A stretch of DNA of 54,510 nucleotides, taken from IMG/VR virus record IMGVR_UViG_3300036770_001615, positions 1 through 54,510 of that record; one strand, written 5' to 3'. This stretch comes from a virus. Its lineage: Duplodnaviria; Caudoviricetes. Position numbers and translations under genes: made by a program. This document shows, piece by piece, positions 13,699-23,689 of this stretch (positions within the stretch are counted from its first letter, which is position 1; each line of letters opens with the position of its first letter). Under the pieces are notes generated by a model, which saw only the letters and a program-made list of their open reading frames with translations, was not told the DNA's origin and ran no database searches.

Positions 13699-15437
13699 TT
13701 AAGCGGATTGTTCCAAGTACCAAAGAAACTGATACTATTAACATCAGTCAATGCAAGAGTAACGTCTGATTGTAATGTATCTTGGTACATTGGGTTATTG
13801 TAGAAGAAAAATATTGTATTTGTTTTAACTTTAATTTTTGGTGTTGATGCAATACCAACAAAACTAATCATTACTAACTTTGTTTCCTCTGGTAAAGCAA
13901 CTGTTGGTTTATCAATAACAACAACACCTGTTACAGGATCTAAATTGACAAATGATCCATATATTTCTTCCTGTGCAGGGTCTGCCCATTCAATAGAATA
14001 TACGATTGGATCATCAGGATATATAGTTTTAAATAATTCAATGTCTAAAGCACTATTCAAGTCTGCAACGATTTTACTATCTGGTTCAGGATTATGAACT
14101 CCTAAATACGAAACCATGTTTGCGTTCTTGTATATTGATAATGGATCACTAGTATATAGGTAAACTAATCTATTTTGATTTTCGCTGAATTTATCATCTT
14201 CAAACAATAATGCATGCTCAGTTGCAGTATTAACTATAGTATTCTTAATAAAATCATAAAAGCAAGGTGTGCTGTTTAGCGCACATATTTCTAATGCAAC
14301 ACCTGCAACCAATGGGCTTGCAAAAGAAGTACCTGATACTACTACGTATTCATTAGTTGAAGAACCTTTGGCTGCTAATACTTCATCACCAGGTGCAAAA
14401 ATATCTAAACTTAAACCCGCTGATGTTACAAGACCTGAATCACTTGGACTAATGTTGTTATAACCTGCAGGAATATCATATTTGTCAATAGCGCCTACAG
14501 TAATAACATTATCCATACCTGCTGGGCTTATATCTTCAACACTAATGCCTTGATTACCGGCTGCACAAACAACAGTTACGCCGGCATCTAATAGACTTTG
14601 AACTTTAGCATCTAACCAACTTGATCTTGCGATACCCCAAGACATGTTAACAACTCTAGACAAGTTAGGATTGGTACTTACTTCTGCTAATATAGCATCA
14701 ATAGCCATACCCACTTCAATCAATGAAGCAGTATGTGCTGAACTACCAATCTTAACGTTCATTAATTTTGCATTACGTGCAACTCCAATGTTCTTACCTA
14801 CTGCCATACTTGCTACAGCAGTACCGTGACCTACGTCATCGGTGAAGTTACCGTTGAACACTGGCAATGAATAAAAGTCTACTTTAGTAAGACCGCTGTA
14901 ATCGAATTCAGCATGGTCAAAATTGATACCCGTATCCATTACATACAACTCTGGAGAACTACCGTGTGTTATTTCATGTACACTAAATGACGTTAATAAT
15001 GGACGATATCTTGAGGCTACACGAATTCTAGCCCATTGCCCTTCAGGAGCCATTGGGTCAAGAGTCTGTGCTCCTGGGTTCATTGCAGTAATCGAACTAA
15101 CTGCTAAAAAATTGATTGGTTGGCTATTGATATCAATAGTCTCTACGTGTTGGCTAAGATTTACACCATCAGTGGTAGCCACTAAAAAGAAACCCATACC
15201 CAAATCTTGTTTAATTGTGCCGTGCTGAGAAATAGTATCACGATCACCTTTAACAATAAATTCATGTTCAGTACTGTCCAATGATTCTACTGAAACCTTA
15301 TTAGTATGATTTTTAATATGGTTTAGTAAGTTCCATGGCACATCTAAATGGTCTACACCGCTAGGTATATCCAATTTGAATCTATCAGCAAAAGCATCCC
15401 TGTGTTCCACACTGCTGAAATTCACTCTAATAGTCAT
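13695..15437 (-). CDS. S8 (subtilisin-like) serine protease
   Basis: Catalytic motifs DTG, HGT, AAGN, GTSFASP; TAAATA upstream (15464-15469). Confidence 0.92.
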   Translation of the reverse strand: MTIRVNFSSVEHRDAFADRFKLDIPSGVDHLDVPWNLLNHIKNHTNKVSVESLDSTEHEFIVKGDRDTISQHGTIKQDLGMGFFLVATTDGVNLSQHVETIDINSQPINFLAVSSITAMNPGAQTLDPMAPEGQWARIRVASRYRPLLTSFSVHEITHGSSPELYVMDTGINFDHAEFDYSGLTKVDFYSLPVFNGNFTDDVGHGTAVASMAVGKNIGVARNAKLMNVKIGSSAHTASLIEVGMAIDAILAEVSTNPNLSRVVNMSWGIARSSWLDAKVQSLLDAGVTVVCAAGNQGISVEDISPAGMDNVITVGAIDKYDIPAGYNNISPSDSGLVTSAGLSLDIFAPGDEVLAAKGSSTNEYVVVSGTSFASPLVAGVALEICALNSTPCFYDFIKNTIVNTATEHALLFEDDKFSENQNRLVYLYTSDPLSIYKNANMVSYLGVHNPEPDSKIVADLNSALDIELFKTIYPDDPIVYSIEWADPAQEEIYGSFVNLDPVTGVVVIDKPTVALPEETKLVMISFVGIASTPKIKVKTNTIFFFYNNPMYQDTLQSDVTLALTDVNSISFFGTWNNPLK

Positions 15438-15525
15438 GTTTTAAACTCCAGTCGTCTATGATGTATTTATCTTTTCCCCTAAAATTGAAAAAAAACGCCA
15501 GTATCGACCTCAGTTAAATATTTGA

Positions 15526-16332
15526 ATGATAAAAGTACATATTGTTAGTGATCTAGACCTAGGATTTAACGAGTTTACAGATCCAATAGATGAGAATATT
15601 CCTGATGTAGATTTGGTTATAATCAATGGTAACATAGGAAATTTGAAAAGAAGTGCGTTATACGCTGAATCACTATGTCTAAAGTATCCTGATATTCAGT
15701 TTATATGGAATTTGGGAGAGTTAGAACGTTACTGGAGAGTGACAGGAAAATTTACAGGAGAAACTGAAGAAAATATTAGGATTAGGAAGTCTGCTAATCC
15801 CAAATGGCCAAAAAATCTAAATTGGTGCAATGATGAAAGCATGCTCATAAAACTTAGAACAGGTCAAACAGTAGATGTATTCTGTACATACGGGTTCCCC
15901 GAAATAGTTAGTTATCAGGGTGATTGGAAGAACACACACTGGTACAAACACTATGTGTCTCATATTACATATGATGTAAGAGAATACGTAGAAAAACCAA
16001 AAAACACATCATTTGTAAGTCATGGATCAATGCCCATATGGGCTACACAAGATTGGATAAATGAAAATCATTATAGGGTTTGGGATATACTACGTAAGTG
16101 GGAACGAGATATAAATCATTTTAAGATATTAGTCACACATATTAATCCCTACAATGATGATAGATTTGCGAATCAAAATGTAAGACCGTATAAAATACAT
16201 CTTCCTAATATGTTATGGGCTACTGCTAAAACTCCAGTAACTAACGTTAATTTTTTAGGGGCTAACTTAACATCAAATCCAGGCCGAGGCTCAGTGGCTA
16301 GATCCAAAATTATTGAAGTAGATACTGTTTAA
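15526..16332 (+). CDS. Metallophosphoesterase-like protein (degenerate)
   Basis: VSDL.L...DLVIINGNI...NPGRG; paralogous pattern to 44377-45225. Confidence 0.6.
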   Translation: MIKVHIVSDLDLGFNEFTDPIDENIPDVDLVIINGNIGNLKRSALYAESLCLKYPDIQFIWNLGELERYWRVTGKFTGETEENIRIRKSANPKWPKNLNWCNDESMLIKLRTGQTVDVFCTYGFPEIVSYQGDWKNTHWYKHYVSHITYDVREYVEKPKNTSFVSHGSMPIWATQDWINENHYRVWDILRKWERDINHFKILVTHINPYNDDRFANQNVRPYKIHLPNMLWATAKTPVTNVNFLGANLTSNPGRGSVARSKIIEVDTV

Positions 16333-17319
16333 TATAGCATCTTGCTCAGGTGTTAAGTTAAATTTATATGTGTGAAAATCAGTATTAAACAATTTAGATA
16401 ATGGGTGTCTAAATCGTTTCTCAAACGACCAACCATCACCCGTAATGTTCTCAAAATATTTCTTTACTAATTCGAACCCAGTGTATTTTGTTTTCTGCGC
16501 CATAACATTAAACCCCACGTTTTTATAGCCCTGTACTTTTAAAGGGTAACGTTTATCTATCAATGACAAAAACTCTTGTGCAGTTCTAGAGTTATCTAAC
16601 TCATGTACTTCATCAAAAGACGGTGTTAACAAAGTTGTTGCCCAACTCAATTGTGGGTAAAAACTTAAAAAACTGCCTTGTACGGGTATATCAAATATGT
16701 CTTGTATAGCAGTATAATGAAATGCATTTTTATCGAAGTTCTTGCCCCACTCATTAAAATTTTTTGTAGGAGTTAGTCCACCAAAGCAAACTCCAGTGTG
16801 CCCTTTATATTTTAGAATTTCTACTAGTTTGTAATGTACATTGAAGTGTGGACTACCCGATCTATACTTAATACCTAAATCATAATTGTCCCTAGATAAA
16901 AATGTAACTACATCAAAGTCTATTGTATAATAAGGAACGCTATTTACTTTACAAAAATGAATAGCATGGTCTGTATCTTGCGAATTCAAATCGTTTTTGA
17001 ATTGTAAAATATATGTGTCAAAGTTTAATCCTGCTTCTTTCCAAGCAAGAATCATAGCCTGACTATCTACGCCGCCGCTTAAGCATAATGCAGGTTTTGA
17101 ACCTAGCATCTGACTACATAATTTGGCAGCATCTATTCTATATGACTTTAATGAATCATTGTCAAATTTTAAAGATTCGAAAAAACTAACGTCTAGATTT
17201 ACTTTATGATCTACACCGGACGCATTGACCATACCTGAAATGTCTAGCCAATCGTTGTAAAAAGATTTAAAGGGCAACAATTTTTTTAACCATTTTGGAT
17301 AAGATTTTTTCGTCAACAC
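16291..17319 (-). CDS. PP-loop (asparagine-synthase-like) ATP pyrophosphatase
   Basis: LCLSGGVDSQ motif. Confidence 0.7.
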   Translation of the reverse strand: MLTKKSYPKWLKKLLPFKSFYNDWLDISGMVNASGVDHKVNLDVSFFESLKFDNDSLKSYRIDAAKLCSQMLGSKPALCLSGGVDSQAMILAWKEAGLNFDTYILQFKNDLNSQDTDHAIHFCKVNSVPYYTIDFDVVTFLSRDNYDLGIKYRSGSPHFNVHYKLVEILKYKGHTGVCFGGLTPTKNFNEWGKNFDKNAFHYTAIQDIFDIPVQGSFLSFYPQLSWATTLLTPSFDEVHELDNSRTAQEFLSLIDKRYPLKVQGYKNVGFNVMAQKTKYTGFELVKKYFENITGDGWSFEKRFRHPLSKLFNTDFHTYKFNLTPEQDAILNSIYFNNFGSSH

Positions 17320-17902
17320 CTATGTTTAAGACTAACATCACACAATTGTCTACAAAACTGAATAGACTATGTAACCTACTGGTATTGATAAAGTATACTT
17401 GGCCTAATGTTAAATTGAGTATGCGTTCTTCTTGTATCCATTTCATATCATTAATACCAAAATTGTGTATGGGTACTAATATTCTAAACGTTGGCACAGA
17501 TACTAAGGCGCCGTTATCTCTATGAGGTGGAAAGAAGCCTCCTTTATCTAATCTTAAAAAGTGACTACGACCTAAGTTAGGTTCCCAAAAATCTAAGAAT
17601 TCATTTAACTCAGGCAAAAATTGAACGACATTTGTTCGTTTATTAAAACACATTTCGTTATATGATTCATTATACATATTTTGATATTCACGTAAACTAT
17701 ATAGATCGGGCTTACCGCTAAACCCGCCGTCAAGACTAGTCACACTAAGACCATATCTATTGTAGCCTGGCTTATGGGGTTGATATTCTTTCCAACCTGG
17801 ATGCTTATTCAATACGTTCATTACCTTACTTAAATCCCATTTAGGAAAATCAAGTTCGATAACCTCACCCCAGTTAATTATAAAATCAGTAAGAGTATTC
17901 AT
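17267..17902 (-). CDS. Asp/Asn beta-hydroxylase-like oxygenase
   Basis: GGFFPPHRD...FINTSRLHSL. Confidence 0.7.
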   Translation of the reverse strand: MNTLTDFIINWGEVIELDFPKWDLSKVMNVLNKHPGWKEYQPHKPGYNRYGLSVTSLDGGFSGKPDLYSLREYQNMYNESYNEMCFNKRTNVVQFLPELNEFLDFWEPNLGRSHFLRLDKGGFFPPHRDNGALVSVPTFRILVPIHNFGINDMKWIQEERILNLTLGQVYFINTSRLHSLFSFVDNCVMLVLNIGVDEKILSKMVKKIVAL

Positions 17903-18498
17903 AGTTCATGAAAAACAAAGTTGTGTGTACATCTAGCAGTTATTATATCTGTCCCAAACAATTCACCATATGAATGAAACAATGATCCATCAAACAATAT
18001 CATTCTATTCCATTTAAGTGATACTGTAAAATCTAATGTCCAAGCATCAGCATTATAAAAGTCATTCTGAACATTAGCATAATTTTCAAATCCTTTTATC
18101 CTGTTAGAATTAGTTCTCTTATGTATATAGAAACTTGTACCGGCTTTTGATTCTATATCATTAAGATAAACGATTCCTTGATATTGCTTCTTGTTAGTTA
18201 ATATTGGCTCACTGTCAGTATGACAAAATTGGTCAATTGTATCTTCTATAGTGGATATTCTAAAGTATCCTCCTACAATTTTGTCACTCAGAAACGGTTT
18301 ACCTAAAACTTTGCTAATTATGCCATCTATTCCTTTTGGTATATGTCTATCTTTACTGACACACCCTGGCCATGGCCCTGTACCATTTGGGTAACTTTCT
18401 GAATGTTTAGGTAGATGATAATTTGAATTCAGTGCTAAATTTCTGATACCATATGGGTCAGCATAAAAGTCATCAATGATTAAAAAAGAAGGGAGCAT
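17899..18498 (-). CDS. 2OG-Fe(II) oxygenase-like protein (DUF6445-like)
   Basis: IIDDFYADP...HTD...YLN..GTSFY...WNRMILFDG..FHS. Confidence 0.75.
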   Translation of the reverse strand: MLPSFLIIDDFYADPYGIRNLALNSNYHLPKHSESYPNGTGPWPGCVSKDRHIPKGIDGIISKVLGKPFLSDKIVGGYFRISTIEDTIDQFCHTDSEPILTNKKQYQGIVYLNDIESKAGTSFYIHKRTNSNRIKGFENYANVQNDFYNADAWTLDFTVSLKWNRMILFDGSLFHSYGELFGTDIITARCTHNFVFHEL

Positions 18499-18514
18499 AA
18501 TGATATTTAATCAC

Positions 18515-18543
18515 TTGACAGTTAATGGATATTTTGTTATACT
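18515..18543 (+). promoter_or_regulatory. sigma70 promoter
   Basis: TTGACA-17-TATACT. Confidence 0.8.
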
Positions 18544-18565
18544 TGTATATTCTAAGGAGAATTAT

Positions 18566-19147
18566 ATGCCTAGTGTTTTCTTAACTAGCGACACGCACTT
18601 TGGACATTTAGGGGTGTGTAAATTTACAAAGTCCGATGGGGTGACTAAGTTGCGCCCATGGGACACTCCGGAAGAAATGGATGAAGAAATGGTCAAGCGT
18701 TGGAACGAAGTTGTTAAGCCCAACGATAAGGTGTATCATTTGGGTGACGTTGTTATCAACCGCCGAGCATTAAAGACATTGCACCGTCTTAACGGGGACA
18801 AGGTCTTAATTAAAGGTAACCACGATATCTTTAAGTTAACTGATTACACGGAGCACTTTAGAGATATTAGAGGATATCATGTTATGAATGGAATGATTCT
18901 TAGTCATATTCCAATGCATGAAGAATCATTAGGTCGCTTTGGTGTCAACATTCACGGGCATTTACATGCTAACAGGGTTATGCGTGTAAAGCACAAGGGT
19001 GCAACACCTGAGATTGATGTTAGGTACCATTGCGTTTGTGTAGAGCAGACTGATTTTAGACCTATCTTGTTTGAGGATGTGATCAAACGAATTAAAGAAG
19101 AAGGTGGGTTTGTTGGTATGCGAAACGGAAACGGACCTATGATGTAA
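18566..19147 (+). CDS. Calcineurin-like phosphoesterase
   Basis: SDTHFGH, LGDV, GNHD, HGHLH; AAGGAG SD. Confidence 0.9.
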   Translation: MPSVFLTSDTHFGHLGVCKFTKSDGVTKLRPWDTPEEMDEEMVKRWNEVVKPNDKVYHLGDVVINRRALKTLHRLNGDKVLIKGNHDIFKLTDYTEHFRDIRGYHVMNGMILSHIPMHEESLGRFGVNIHGHLHANRVMRVKHKGATPEIDVRYHCVCVEQTDFRPILFEDVIKRIKEEGGFVGMRNGNGPMM

Positions 19148-19155
19148 TAAATATT

Positions 19156-19569
19156 TTGATGCAAGTCAAAGTATTTTTTGCAGATAGTAAAAGGCAGAGG
19201 CTAGTCTGTAAGATTGTCGAACAGGCTAGTCTCTATCTTACACTACCTGACATAGTTGAAGTGGAATTTCAAAAACTAGGTCCTAGTGCATACGGAGAAA
19301 CGGATATAGTACGTAAACGCATCACAATCAATCAGGATTTAGAACTGAATGATATAGTATTACCCTTAGTGCATGAGTTGATTCACCTAGAGCAGATAGA
19401 AACCGGTAGACTTGCAAAAAGTAGACAGGGTCAATATGTATGGGATAATGCATCTTATCGTGCTGACCCTAGAACTATGTTGCATAAAGACTACAGTAAA
19501 CTTCCGTGGGAACTAGATGTTGCTAAAAAACAACAGAAAATATTGGATAATATCATTAAAAATCAATGA
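19156..19569 (+). CDS. Zincin-like metallopeptidase
   Basis: HELIH..Q ... PWE. Confidence 0.7.
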   Translation: MMQVKVFFADSKRQRLVCKIVEQASLYLTLPDIVEVEFQKLGPSAYGETDIVRKRITINQDLELNDIVLPLVHELIHLEQIETGRLAKSRQGQYVWDNASYRADPRTMLHKDYSKLPWELDVAKKQQKILDNIIKNQ

Positions 19570-19608
19570 CTTATAAGGCTTGACAAATAATCAATTTGGG
19601 CATATAAT
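19561..19608 (+). promoter_or_regulatory. IHF site plus early promoter cassette
   Basis: AATCAATGACTTA; GGCTTGACA..TTTGGG..TATAAT. Confidence 0.85.
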
Positions 19609-19614
19609 ACACAT

Positions 19615-19947
19615 ATGCTGAAAACACGTAAACGCAGGTCCGATCGTAATCAGGTCATCTACTACATTGAACATGTAGCGACCGGTAATTACTATATTGG
19701 TCTTACTGCATTGAGTTTTAAAGGTAACGTCAAGCGCACTCTGCATCGCCGTATGCAAAAGCATTTGCAACGGGCTATGGCTGAGAACAAGGATTGGGGC
19801 CTGTCACGTGCATTACGCAAGTTTGGCCCTGAGGCTTTTGTCTATGGTGTTGTTGAGGTTGTGCGTGGCAAGAAGGCTGCTCATGCACGTGAGACTGAAT
19901 TGATTAACACTATGCAACCTGCTCTTAACACTTTTGGAGTCAAGTGA
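19615..19947 (+). CDS. GIY-YIG-like nuclease-domain protein (leaderless)
   Basis: VIYYI...YYIGLT..R..H...E...N. Confidence 0.75.
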   Translation: MLKTRKRRSDRNQVIYYIEHVATGNYYIGLTALSFKGNVKRTLHRRMQKHLQRAMAENKDWGLSRALRKFGPEAFVYGVVEVVRGKKAAHARETELINTMQPALNTFGVK

Positions 19948-20135
19948 TGAAAAACAAAACTAAATGGTCACCGACTGATCCTAAGCATTTTGAGGGCAAG
20001 ACCCTAAGTGAACTTAAGGATCAGTTAGTCAAAGCAGAAAAATTTGCCCAAGGTCATCCAGAATTTGAACTTGGTTGGCATAATGAATACAGGCAAGAAT
20101 TGCGTAGGCGTATTGCTGAAAGGATTGGACGATGA
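19944..20135 (+). CDS. Hypothetical protein
   Basis: Coupled ORF in the early operon. Confidence 0.6.
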   Translation: MMKNKTKWSPTDPKHFEGKTLSELKDQLVKAEKFAQGHPEFELGWHNEYRQELRRRIAERIGR

Positions 20136-20344
20136 ACGAACGAATTAAAGAACTTGCTGATGAGGCTGCAAAATACAGTGCCGTAATGGCATTACCGACT
20201 GGGCAATCAGGTAATGAATTATTTGTTGAAAAGTTCGCCGAGTTGATTATTCGGGAATGTCAGGATAATTTGGCATGGCATGGACATGATGAAGCGGTTA
20301 GTCAATTAGACTGGCTCAAAGTTAATCGTTTTGGACTCAAGTGA
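20132..20344 (+). CDS. Hypothetical protein (MNERIKELA..EKFAELIIREC family)
   Basis: ATGA overlap; paralog of 46560-46877. Confidence 0.7.
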   Translation: MNERIKELADEAAKYSAVMALPTGQSGNELFVEKFAELIIRECQDNLAWHGHDEAVSQLDWLKVNRFGLK

Positions 20345-20475
20345 TGAAAACTGTATTAGCATGGTTTGGGGGTTTTGTGCTTGTACTTACCCTTTTAGGT
20401 ATCTTAGGCATAGGCAATTTTGTTATGATGTACAGTCCACATAAGATTACTTGTACAAAGGAGATTGAACAATGA
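20344..20475 (+). CDS. Small membrane protein (43 aa)
   Basis: MKTVLAWFGGFVLVLTLLGILGIG..., coupled at both ends. Confidence 0.6.
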   Translation: MKTVLAWFGGFVLVLTLLGILGIGNFVMMYSPHKITCTKEIEQ

Positions 20476-20693
20476 AGGATCGTTTTGATTTGGAACAGCA
20501 AATTTTGGAATGCTGGAATGTCACCACTGATATTAAACATGTGACAGAATATGTATTGGATGCTCCATTAGAGCCCAATCGTGAGGACAAGATTAGCAAT
20601 ATGCTAATTGGAATGGAAGAATTGTACAATCTTAAGTTCCAAAAACTGTTTGAAACTTTTGAAAAATTGATACATGATAAAAAAATTATATGA
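20472..20693 (+). CDS. Hypothetical protein
   Basis: AAGGAG SD; DRFDLEQQILECW. Confidence 0.7.
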   Translation: MKDRFDLEQQILECWNVTTDIKHVTEYVLDAPLEPNREDKISNMLIGMEELYNLKFQKLFETFEKLIHDKKII

Positions 20694-21478
20694 CTAAAAC
20701 ATTAGGTGTGTGCGGAGGCAGTTATTGGACTGCTGTGATTGAAGATGAAAAGATCCCAGACACTATAGGTGCCGAAGGTACACACTTTACAGAAATATTG
20801 GCTAAACGTTTGGGGTACGAATACTATACGTTAGCAAGACCTGGAATGAGTAACTATGGCATTAGATTACAAGTTGACGAAATGATAAAGAAAAGGGTTG
20901 ACTTTGTTATATTTGGTAATGCCACTGCAGGTAGAATTGAAGTTCCTTTTAAAAAATTTAATAGGGAATATGGCATACATAATATTTCTTATATCAATTA
21001 TTGTTCTCTTAGTAGAAATAATGTAGATAATTCTAAAGCCTCAATTGTCAGTGAAACATTAGTTAACCTATCATCATATCATGATCAAAAATCTGATAAT
21101 CGAAATGCCTTTATAAAACCAGAACAGGCTACGACTATCAAAAGTTATCTACTAGATTTACATGATAATGAATATAAAAAGCAATTAGATATTTGGGTTT
21201 TATCTAGTGCAATACAAGCACTTGAGGATGCTAAAATTCCCTATTTGTTTATGCCTAATGATGATTGGGTTTATCAGGATCAATATTTTAAATTAAGGGA
21301 TAATAACAAAAGGCTAGTCAATGACGTTAGAATGCGTCCTTGCTATTATGATGAAAAACATCCTTCACGGGTCCATCATACTTCGGATGAATCTCAAATG
21401 GTATTATCTAGGAAAACATATGGTTACATCATAGAAAACCGTTTGCTAGATTTTAATGACCAAAACAATTGCACTTAA
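20690..21478 (+). CDS. SGNH-hydrolase-like hypothetical protein
   Basis: GGSY...LARPGMSN...HH. Confidence 0.6.
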   Translation: MTKTLGVCGGSYWTAVIEDEKIPDTIGAEGTHFTEILAKRLGYEYYTLARPGMSNYGIRLQVDEMIKKRVDFVIFGNATAGRIEVPFKKFNREYGIHNISYINYCSLSRNNVDNSKASIVSETLVNLSSYHDQKSDNRNAFIKPEQATTIKSYLLDLHDNEYKKQLDIWVLSSAIQALEDAKIPYLFMPNDDWVYQDQYFKLRDNNKRLVNDVRMRPCYYDEKHPSRVHHTSDESQMVLSRKTYGYIIENRLLDFNDQNNCT

Positions 21479-21521
21479 AAAGGTAATGCAATATACTAAC
21501 AGTATAGATAGGAATATTATT

Positions 21522-22037
21522 ATGCACATGAAAGATATTTGCGAAAGTTTTGAATTTAAAATTGTTGGTGGTAGTGAATATCAGTGGCAATGTTACGGGC
21601 CCGATGCCAGATATTTAGATTTTGAATCTGACTATGCGCATGGATCATGTATCTTTGATACAGTGACACAGGAAATTTTTGAGGCTCAGGTACACAGTAA
21701 AGATGAGGGTGTAAGACCTTATCGATGGTTGAATCCTGATTTTAAAGATGATTATCTTGCAGAGTGTGAGGAAAGGTCTATAGATCATACTCAAGCTTGG
21801 GATAGCGTTAAATGGACTGATTTGGAAGTTGTAGAAGATTTCCTAGAAAAGGCTAATGCTATCTTGAAAGGTGATAGTTTTGATGATCGTGTGCAAGTGC
21901 CGCTTGACTTTAATGATGAGGAAATGTTACAATTAGCATTAGAGGCACATAAGCGAGATATGACCATTAACCAGTTTGTAGAAATGGCATTGCAACAGGC
22001 TATTGATAACGCTAAGGAAAAAAATGGAACGGCTTGA
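21522..22037 (+). CDS. Hypothetical protein with C-terminal RHH/HicB-like region
   Basis: ALEAHKRDMTINQFVEMALQQAI. Confidence 0.65.
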   Translation: MHMKDICESFEFKIVGGSEYQWQCYGPDARYLDFESDYAHGSCIFDTVTQEIFEAQVHSKDEGVRPYRWLNPDFKDDYLAECEERSIDHTQAWDSVKWTDLEVVEDFLEKANAILKGDSFDDRVQVPLDFNDEEMLQLALEAHKRDMTINQFVEMALQQAIDNAKEKNGTA

Positions 22038-22353
22038 CATTTTAGCAGAGAATTATAAACCAACTGAAAATTGGACAGATAAAGAATGGAATACCTTTAC
22101 CACTTGGCTTAAGGGTATGCTACAAGTCAACGATGAGGTTAAGGTCACATTCAATAAAAAAGATGGATCGGAACGTGTTATGCGTTGCACACTAAATCCC
22201 AAACTTCTGCCAAAGGTAGAAGTAAAGGAAGGTACCGAAAAGCCTGAGCGAAAAAAGTCAGAGGCTGTAATTGCAGTTTATGATCTGGACGCACAGGGTT
22301 GGCGTAGTTTCACAATTAAATCTGTTACAAGAGTTAATTTTACAATTCAATAA
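22024..22353 (+). CDS. WYL-like SH3 beta-barrel protein
   Basis: VTFNKKDGSERVMRCTL...VYDLDAQGWRSF. Confidence 0.8.
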   Translation: MERLDILAENYKPTENWTDKEWNTFTTWLKGMLQVNDEVKVTFNKKDGSERVMRCTLNPKLLPKVEVKEGTEKPERKKSEAVIAVYDLDAQGWRSFTIKSVTRVNFTIQ

Positions 22354-22366
22354 ATACATACAGTAT

Positions 22367-22582
22367 ATGAGCAAGTTGCAACTTTATTGTAGGCCCTATG
22401 TAGTTTTCGACCCTACTAATAAGGATCATAGAAAATGGTTTTCATACTTCAATGAACGTAGAAGTTGGGGACATTGCCCGGTTCGGTTCATCATCGAAGA
22501 TGACCATGGTGATTTGATTACAATGATCCAGCGTAAGTTAATCCAATATTACGTGGATAAAGAGTTTAAGAAAAAGGCTTGA
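22367..22582 (+). CDS. Hypothetical protein
   Basis: TAAATA 22351; ATG 22367. Confidence 0.65.
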   Translation: MSKLQLYCRPYVVFDPTNKDHRKWFSYFNERRSWGHCPVRFIIEDDHGDLITMIQRKLIQYYVDKEFKKKA

Positions 22583-22607
22583 CAATAAATCGGTTTGGGT
22601 ATATACT
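22579..22607 (+). promoter_or_regulatory. Early promoter cassette
   Basis: TTGACA-ATAAATCGGTTTGGGTA-TATACT. Confidence 0.9.
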
Positions 22608-22616
22608 ACTCACATC

Positions 22617-22778
22617 ATGAAAAAAGAAATTCTCTCATTCAAAGTTCCGCGTCCCAAAACACGTGCCCACAAGGCTTTGTTTGACCGCGATCTTCCGTTC
22701 CAGCCCAAGGTTGTGAATCCTAAGAATCAGTATAAGCGCCGGCCCAAGCACCGTAACGGTGACTGGGAGGATGCGTAA
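22617..22778 (+). CDS. ArfA-like small basic protein (53 aa, near-leaderless)
   Basis: HKALFDRDLPFQPKVV..KNQYKRRPKHRNGDWE resembles the ArfA core; not in ORF track. Confidence 0.6.
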   Translation: MKKEILSFKVPRPKTRAHKALFDRDLPFQPKVVNPKNQYKRRPKHRNGDWEDA

Positions 22779-22846
22779 GTTATTGATTTGTTTAGGCTTT
22801 TTTCTTACGAAAAAGGCTTGACAATAAATGGATTTGGGTCTATAAT
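22776..22846 (+). promoter_or_regulatory. IHF site (reverse) plus early promoter cassette
   Basis: TAAGTTATTGATT; TTGACA(22818)-17-TATAAT. Confidence 0.9.
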
Positions 22847-22880
22847 ACATAGTATTGAAACTGATAAACAGGACTGACAA

Positions 22881-23333
22881 ATGAATTGCAACCCTACTCT
22901 GACCGCTGACGAATTCAAGACCCTTCACAATGCCCTGTATGCTTTGGATTGCTTGAATAACGACAAGGTTACCGAGCAAGTTGAAATCATCCGTAATGCC
23001 CTTAAGGGTGCATACGATCAGGAAAACGATGCCTTTGACCAAAAGTACTCACACTACAGTAAGGTCCAAAAGGAATTGGGTCTTGATGCAATTTGGTCAA
23101 TCTATGAGGTTGACAATCTTAGTGACCGTCATACGTTTGAAAACGTGACCCGTGTGGTTTATAAGGATCATTTTGGTGACAGCCCAGTATCGTGCGAAAT
23201 CAACGGTTCTACTTGGGCGGCACTGTTTGTTGCGGCTAATGCTTGCATCCGTGACAGCGGTGATGGTCATCATGTGTTTATTGAGAATTTTAGACAATTT
23301 GGTGACACCCTCATTTTGACTACCGGATCCTAA
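22881..23333 (+). CDS. Hypothetical early protein
   Basis: AGGA SD; ...IRDSGDGHHVFIE. Confidence 0.75.
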   Translation: MNCNPTLTADEFKTLHNALYALDCLNNDKVTEQVEIIRNALKGAYDQENDAFDQKYSHYSKVQKELGLDAIWSIYEVDNLSDRHTFENVTRVVYKDHFGDSPVSCEINGSTWAALFVAANACIRDSGDGHHVFIENFRQFGDTLILTTGS

Positions 23334-23336
23334 GGC

Positions 23337-23365
23337 TTGACAATAAATCGGTTTGGGACTATAAT
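23337..23365 (+). promoter_or_regulatory. Early promoter cassette
   Basis: TTGACA-17-TATAAT with TTTGGG. Confidence 0.9.
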
Positions 23366-23398
23366 AGCATTATTGACAGTTGATTGACGGAGAACGAA

Positions 23399-23689
23399 AT
23401 GGCTACGATTCAGGAAATTAATTCAGAAATCATGTTTGGTGACTTTACCAATGACCAACTCAATGCGATTATCTCGGCGGTTAAGTTTCGCCGTAGTCAG
23501 TTGACCAAACAAAATGTCCGTTCACTGCGTCTCGGTGAGCAGGTCAAGTTTGTCAATAGCCGCACCGGCGGTGTCGTGATTGGTAATGTGGAAAAGATCA
23601 ACCGCAAGTTTGTGATCGTCCGTGAGGACCGCGGCAGTTATCTGCCCCGTTCATGGCGTGTTCCGGCTGTGATGTTGGAGGCAGTTTAA
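23399..23689 (+). CDS. Hypothetical early protein (SH3-like C-terminus)
   Basis: GGAG SD; G..EKINRKFVIV..WRVPA. Confidence 0.7.
   Translation: MATIQEINSEIMFGDFTNDQLNAIISAVKFRRSQLTKQNVRSLRLGEQVKFVNSRTGGVVIGNVEKINRKFVIVREDRGSYLPRSWRVPAVMLEAV

Noticed and set aside
22034-22059. GGCTTGACA inside the 22024 gene as a promoter
   Set aside because: There is no -10 element at 16-18 bp spacing.
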